Virus record (IMG/VR): IMGVR_UViG_3300043446_003702
Location: 1-64,000 of that record
Source: a virus
Strand: one strand, 5' to 3'
DNA: 64,000 nucleotides
Every line of letters starts with the position of its first letter. The first letter of the stretch is position 1. Made by a program: the position numbers and the translations under genes. Below, piece after piece: positions 59,635 through 64,000 of the stretch. The notes beneath the pieces were generated by a model, which was not told the origin of the DNA, searched no databases, and saw only the letters and a program-made list of their open reading frames with translations.

Positions 59635-60962
59635 AAACTGTTGTACCATTCGCTTAGTGCAGGAAAACACTGCATGAAATTTTTACCACGACGTTGATCA
59701 TATTGTGTGTAAAACTGTCGGAAATCATTCAACAGTTTGGGCCGATCAAAGGCTTCAGAGTGTGGAGTTTTGACCATATCAAGATAGTCTATCAAACGTT
59801 GCAGGTGATTGACTTCGTGCTCGTGCAAACCAGGATTGTGTTGATTGCGGTACAACCATTCTTGTAATTCTACTCTATACCGATTACGCAAACTATCAGG
59901 TAACACCAATGCACTTTGGAAACTAGGGAAGCGTAAGATATTTAATGTAAAACTCAATGCATCTCTACCGTACTCAATTTTCCACTGCAACATACATTCA
60001 AGAAAGTCTACTAGGCTATCCAAACACAGTGCATTTATGGTGCACATAACATGTATGCCACGGAACTGTGCCGAATCCAACAGTCGTTCTACATTGTTGG
60101 CCCAGTCGTCCCACACAAGGCCATCACGTATGTATTCGGCTTGCAGGCCCATGCTTTCGTTGCTGGTGTAAAGATCTATTGCCATGCCACGTGTGCTTGA
60201 CAACAGTTTATCTATGTCAACTGCGCTGCCAAGATTTGAGTTTATGGCCAGTCGTGTGGTTGACTTGCCCCGGTTGTTTTTAAACCAATCTATAAGTTGC
60301 CAGGTGTAACCTGACATCAAGGGTTCACCGCCGGTTATTCGGAGTTCTTGCAGTGTTCTGTGGAGGTCTCGTTCCCACCAGTCGAAGAAGGCCTCCACAT
60401 ACGGATTAGTCTCACCGAATTTATAAAGTTGACTATGATCATGAGTGTGAGTAAAATGGTTCCTACCATCGCTAACCAACCCGACATAGGGTCCATGCTT
60501 GCGTATATCATTGACCCAAGTGGAACTAAAAGCAGGATTGCAGTAAGAACAAGCAAATTGACAAGTACGATCGAAACTAATTTCGAGAGTTCTAAGATTG
60601 ACATCAGTTGTGACAGGAGTTTGTTTTGCTTCATGCAGGGCCTCTATGGGATAAATTTTACTTTTGTACACACGATCAGATATGGCATCACGATCCATGT
60701 CTTCTATCTTCCAGCAGTACTCACAGCCAGCGGGACGCTCACCACGGATCATCTGATCGCGATCTGCTTTTTTCTGATCAGTATTGTGCAACAGCCTAGA
60801 GTTGTTAGAGACTTTATCAATGTCAATCAAATGGGCTGGCGGGTGATGGCAACTTGTGGTCTGCCCACTTCCTAACCAAATGGTAGCGTTATACCATTTC
60901 GCTGCACAAAAACTGGCTGAGAGTTGGTCTAATACAGTGTGTTTAAATTCTAAGTCATTCAT
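59631..60962 (-). CDS. radical SAM protein
   Basis: CAAKW, CQFACSYC, GGEP motifs. Confidence 0.88.
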   Translation of the reverse strand: MNDLEFKHTVLDQLSASFCAAKWYNATIWLGSGQTTSCHHPPAHLIDIDKVSNNSRLLHNTDQKKADRDQMIRGERPAGCEYCWKIEDMDRDAISDRVYKSKIYPIEALHEAKQTPVTTDVNLRTLEISFDRTCQFACSYCNPAFSSTWVNDIRKHGPYVGLVSDGRNHFTHTHDHSQLYKFGETNPYVEAFFDWWERDLHRTLQELRITGGEPLMSGYTWQLIDWFKNNRGKSTTRLAINSNLGSAVDIDKLLSSTRGMAIDLYTSNESMGLQAEYIRDGLVWDDWANNVERLLDSAQFRGIHVMCTINALCLDSLVDFLECMLQWKIEYGRDALSFTLNILRFPSFQSALVLPDSLRNRYRVELQEWLYRNQHNPGLHEHEVNHLQRLIDYLDMVKTPHSEAFDRPKLLNDFRQFYTQYDQRRGKNFMQCFPALSEWYNSL

Positions 60963-62055
60963 TTATGTACTGTGCCAATCTTGCAGGCAATTCTGCTCGT
61001 TCCCTGCGATTGTGTTCACGCAGTTGTTGATAGTTGTGTTTGCATACCGATCGTGCAGCCTGTAAAAAATCAGCAGCACCATTGTAACATATATCGTTGA
61101 CTGTGTCAACTATTCTATCTGCACGTGAGGTGGGATCATCTATTTGGTCAAATGATTCGTCTATCAAATGTCCAAATGTTTGAAATCCTGACTCGTGTAA
61201 ATCTCTGTAATATCCGCGATTGGCCGCTGCCACAAATGGGTGTCCCATGATCATGGGCTTCCAAATTTTTTCTGTGCGAAATGTATATGGGTAATCAAAT
61301 ATTGTTTCTGTGACCACTGAAAAATATGTGTCAATATATGGCGCAGGATTGACTTCAGCATCACCCCAGGTGTTGCCAAACAAGTGATGTTTTATAAATC
61401 CTGTGGGCACGTTTTGCATGTTGGGCAGTGCACGATCAATTTCGTATTCTGGGGGCAATAATCTAATGGGTTCTAAATCGCCAGTTTGTAAGCAACTACT
61501 CCAGGCCATTTCCACACGATCATTGAGGTTTGTCCACAGTGCTCGATCCAACAGCCCACGCGATCTAAATGCATCTATCAAGTATTTGCGATGTGGTCGT
61601 AGTCTGCCGTTTAGGAACAAAAAATCATAGGGTTTGTTTTGTTTATGATACACCTGCGGATAAGATTCATGTGCACGTATGTTTTCCAGATACTCTACAA
61701 TGTTGGAGAAGTAACAGTCTGTTTTACAATAGTTCCAACCAGGTTCTAAATCACCTGATGTCAACAATCCAATACGGCCATCACGCACATAGTCAGTGAT
61801 TACCAGTCTGCGCAGTTGTAACAATATTGTTTCACTGCCTTCAGCAGGATTTGAAAAAACAATATGTCCAGGATATTTGGTAGCCCAGTCAGTGATGGCT
61901 ACCCAGTTTTCTTTTAGTACCACTCGGCCTACAATGTAAATTGCTTGAGGGTCTAATTCATTGGGCCATTGCCAAAAACTGCCATCTGCTGAAGACTTGA
62001 GTAGATCCCAAACTTCGGCCCATTCATCCACGATGATTTTACGATTGCCTAGCAT
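60955..62055 (-). CDS. paralog family X protein
   Basis: VVTET..TEKIWKP..GFQTF..DESFD. Confidence 0.55.
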   Translation of the reverse strand: MLGNRKIIVDEWAEVWDLLKSSADGSFWQWPNELDPQAIYIVGRVVLKENWVAITDWATKYPGHIVFSNPAEGSETILLQLRRLVITDYVRDGRIGLLTSGDLEPGWNYCKTDCYFSNIVEYLENIRAHESYPQVYHKQNKPYDFLFLNGRLRPHRKYLIDAFRSRGLLDRALWTNLNDRVEMAWSSCLQTGDLEPIRLLPPEYEIDRALPNMQNVPTGFIKHHLFGNTWGDAEVNPAPYIDTYFSVVTETIFDYPYTFRTEKIWKPMIMGHPFVAAANRGYYRDLHESGFQTFGHLIDESFDQIDDPTSRADRIVDTVNDICYNGAADFLQAARSVCKHNYQQLREHNRRERAELPARLAQYINE

Positions 62056-63436
62056 GGTATGCACACTCCTCCCACCAGCTGCGCATTTCTGGAAATGTCT
62101 TTAAAAAATCTGTGCCACGTCTGCTATCATGTTCATAGAAAAAACGATAAAAGTCTGCTTTGGCTGCGGCATGGTCCATATGTTGTTGCGACCTCATCCA
62201 AGCAATGTCACGATCCAGTCTGTGCAGTTCATAGTCTTTGAATCCTTTAAACGGCGCCTCGTCAGTTTCAATTTGTCGTATCATCCATGCCCATAATAGT
62301 TCCAATCGATCAGCATAACTTTCAGGCAAGATTTGTAGACTTTGCCAAGCAGGCTCACGCAACACCGGTGTGTCAAACCACACACGTTGATAGGTGTTGC
62401 TGTAGACTTTTCTCAAACCCAGGATACCTGCAAACAACTGATCTAATGTTGTCACATTGAGATTGTTCATTGTGACAATAAATGTAAGGCTTGAATAATT
62501 AGGAACTTCAGTCAAAAATTGATTTACTCTGTCCCACAGCAAGTTGAAATCCAATCCATGTCTGATGTACTCTGCCTGCGCACCCCATGCATCCAAACTC
62601 ACATACTGCATGAAGTGTTCGATACGTCCGTCACATATTTGTTTGACATACCCCAAATACTTTTGCCATGATTTTTCGTCTACCGAAAAGTTACTGGTCA
62701 CATTCAAATGTAACTTAGGACTGGGATTTTCAATCACGTAATCAAACACACGATAGGTGTTTTTATCCAACAGTGGTTCTCCACCGGTCATGCGAAAATG
62801 TTCTAGGTGAGGGTACAGGTCTGGCCACCATTGCCAGAAGGCCTCAACATAAGGATTTGTTTCTCTTGATGGAATAGTTCTACGACTACCCACAAAGTGC
62901 TCAGGAGCATTGTGTGGCACAGCAGTAGGGTAAGCACCCAGGCGTGATACTTCATCTGCCCACGAACTTGAAAACTGAGGGCTGCAATAACTGCACTGGA
63001 GATTGCAAGCATGATTAAAATTAACTTCAACATAAGTGGGAATGACATTTTCTTCTCCTGTGCTATTTTTAATTGATTCAAAGTCTATGGCTGCCCAAGG
63101 TTCGCCTGATCTGTAGTGCCTATCACTTAGTTTGTTCTGGTCTTCCATGTTCCAGCAATATTGACATTCTGAGGGACGCTCACCTGCCAACATCAATCGA
63201 CGTTGTTGTTTTTTATAATCAGTATTGTGTAGCGCAGAAACATCTATAGCAATTTCCGCAGGATCAATTGGGTGTAGTGGAGGATGATAACATGAATTGT
63301 TCATGCCTGTGGTAAGATGTAGGCTCACCTGCTTCCATTTGGCCAGGCATAGAGCAGGGCCCAATTGAGTTTTCATATGTTCGGCAGAGCTAAGAAATTT
63401 GCTCTTGTTATACACTGACTTATCACCTTTGTTCAT
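62039..63436 (-). CDS. radical SAM protein
   Basis: CLAKW, CNLQCSYC, GGEP motifs. Confidence 0.88.
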   Translation of the reverse strand: MNKGDKSVYNKSKFLSSAEHMKTQLGPALCLAKWKQVSLHLTTGMNNSCYHPPLHPIDPAEIAIDVSALHNTDYKKQQRRLMLAGERPSECQYCWNMEDQNKLSDRHYRSGEPWAAIDFESIKNSTGEENVIPTYVEVNFNHACNLQCSYCSPQFSSSWADEVSRLGAYPTAVPHNAPEHFVGSRRTIPSRETNPYVEAFWQWWPDLYPHLEHFRMTGGEPLLDKNTYRVFDYVIENPSPKLHLNVTSNFSVDEKSWQKYLGYVKQICDGRIEHFMQYVSLDAWGAQAEYIRHGLDFNLLWDRVNQFLTEVPNYSSLTFIVTMNNLNVTTLDQLFAGILGLRKVYSNTYQRVWFDTPVLREPAWQSLQILPESYADRLELLWAWMIRQIETDEAPFKGFKDYELHRLDRDIAWMRSQQHMDHAAAKADFYRFFYEHDSRRGTDFLKTFPEMRSWWEECAYHARQS

Positions 63437-63998
63437 ATATCATTTGTTGTATGTTATTAAAAAGATGTTGCATACCATGGCTGTTAAGATGACCGTCAGA
63501 CAATCGCATTCGTGGATGTATTACAGGATAATACATATTGGCATCAACTGCTCTTCTTTCCCAAGAGAAAAACACAGAAATCTTATTGTATTTTTCACAC
63601 ATTGACTTTAAACTAGACACTAAAAAATCACTGTAAAGGCCAGCAAATTTAGTATCATGAATCGCATAAAACAATTTGTGAAAATCAGTGTAAATGTCTG
63701 ACAAAATTTTTGTGTCCTTTTCAAAAGGCAGTTCTGTCACAGTCCTGAAAGGCAACAAATCTATATCATAATTGCCATATTTTAAATAACTTCTAGATGA
63801 GTATGTCCAACCCAATACAATGACGTCACATTCCTGAAAATTCTGGTAGGTGTCAAGTGCAATGGCTAAATTAGATTTGCCCGGACGAGCTTTATTCACT
63901 ACCTCATACTCATTTTGCCATAATGCGGCCAGTGTTTCTGATTGTTGCAATCCTAGACCATAGGTAAAACTACATCCATCAAGATATAATTTCTTCAT
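63423..63998 (-). CDS. SGNH/GDSL-like hydrolase family protein
   Basis: DGCSFTYG, GKSN, DGHL motifs. Confidence 0.6.
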   Translation of the reverse strand: MKKLYLDGCSFTYGLGLQQSETLAALWQNEYEVVNKARPGKSNLAIALDTYQNFQECDVIVLGWTYSSRSYLKYGNYDIDLLPFRTVTELPFEKDTKILSDIYTDFHKLFYAIHDTKFAGLYSDFLVSSLKSMCEKYNKISVFFSWERRAVDANMYYPVIHPRMRLSDGHLNSHGMQHLFNNIQQMIYEQR

Positions 63999-64000
63999 TA

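Noticed and set aside
54500-63436. Radical SAM paralogs as PqqE acting on the phage PqqA
   Set aside because: The domain order differs from PqqE, there is no PqqD, and they are 27 kb away in a glycan context.

Overview
64 kb segment of a large dsDNA bacteriophage (no structural genes in the window). The host is probably a freshwater betaproteobacterium, inferred from the PqqA, tmRNA-tag and aminotransferase sequences. The window holds replication/nucleotide genes (T4-like RNase H, MazG-like pyrophosphatase, ThyX) and runs of small early genes behind sigma70 promoters. It also has 31 tRNA genes covering all 20 amino acids in three clusters, a circularly permuted tmRNA, several unexplained structured RNAs, host-like genes (pqqA, rpoZ, ahcY, rubrerythrin/rubredoxin, serine-glyoxylate aminotransferase) and a ~22 kb glycan-modification/radical-SAM block. 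The main observation is that each of the two large tRNA arrays is preceded by a sigma70 promoter, a leaderless short ORF and a terminator with a competing antiterminator. The codons of each leader match the tRNA set of its own array, down to Leu isoacceptors. This suggests a ribosome-stalling attenuator that senses tRNA-pool deficits and turns on the matching phage tRNAs. All RNA folds and coordinates were read by eye and need confirmation with tRNAscan-SE, ARAGORN, Infernal and RNAfold.
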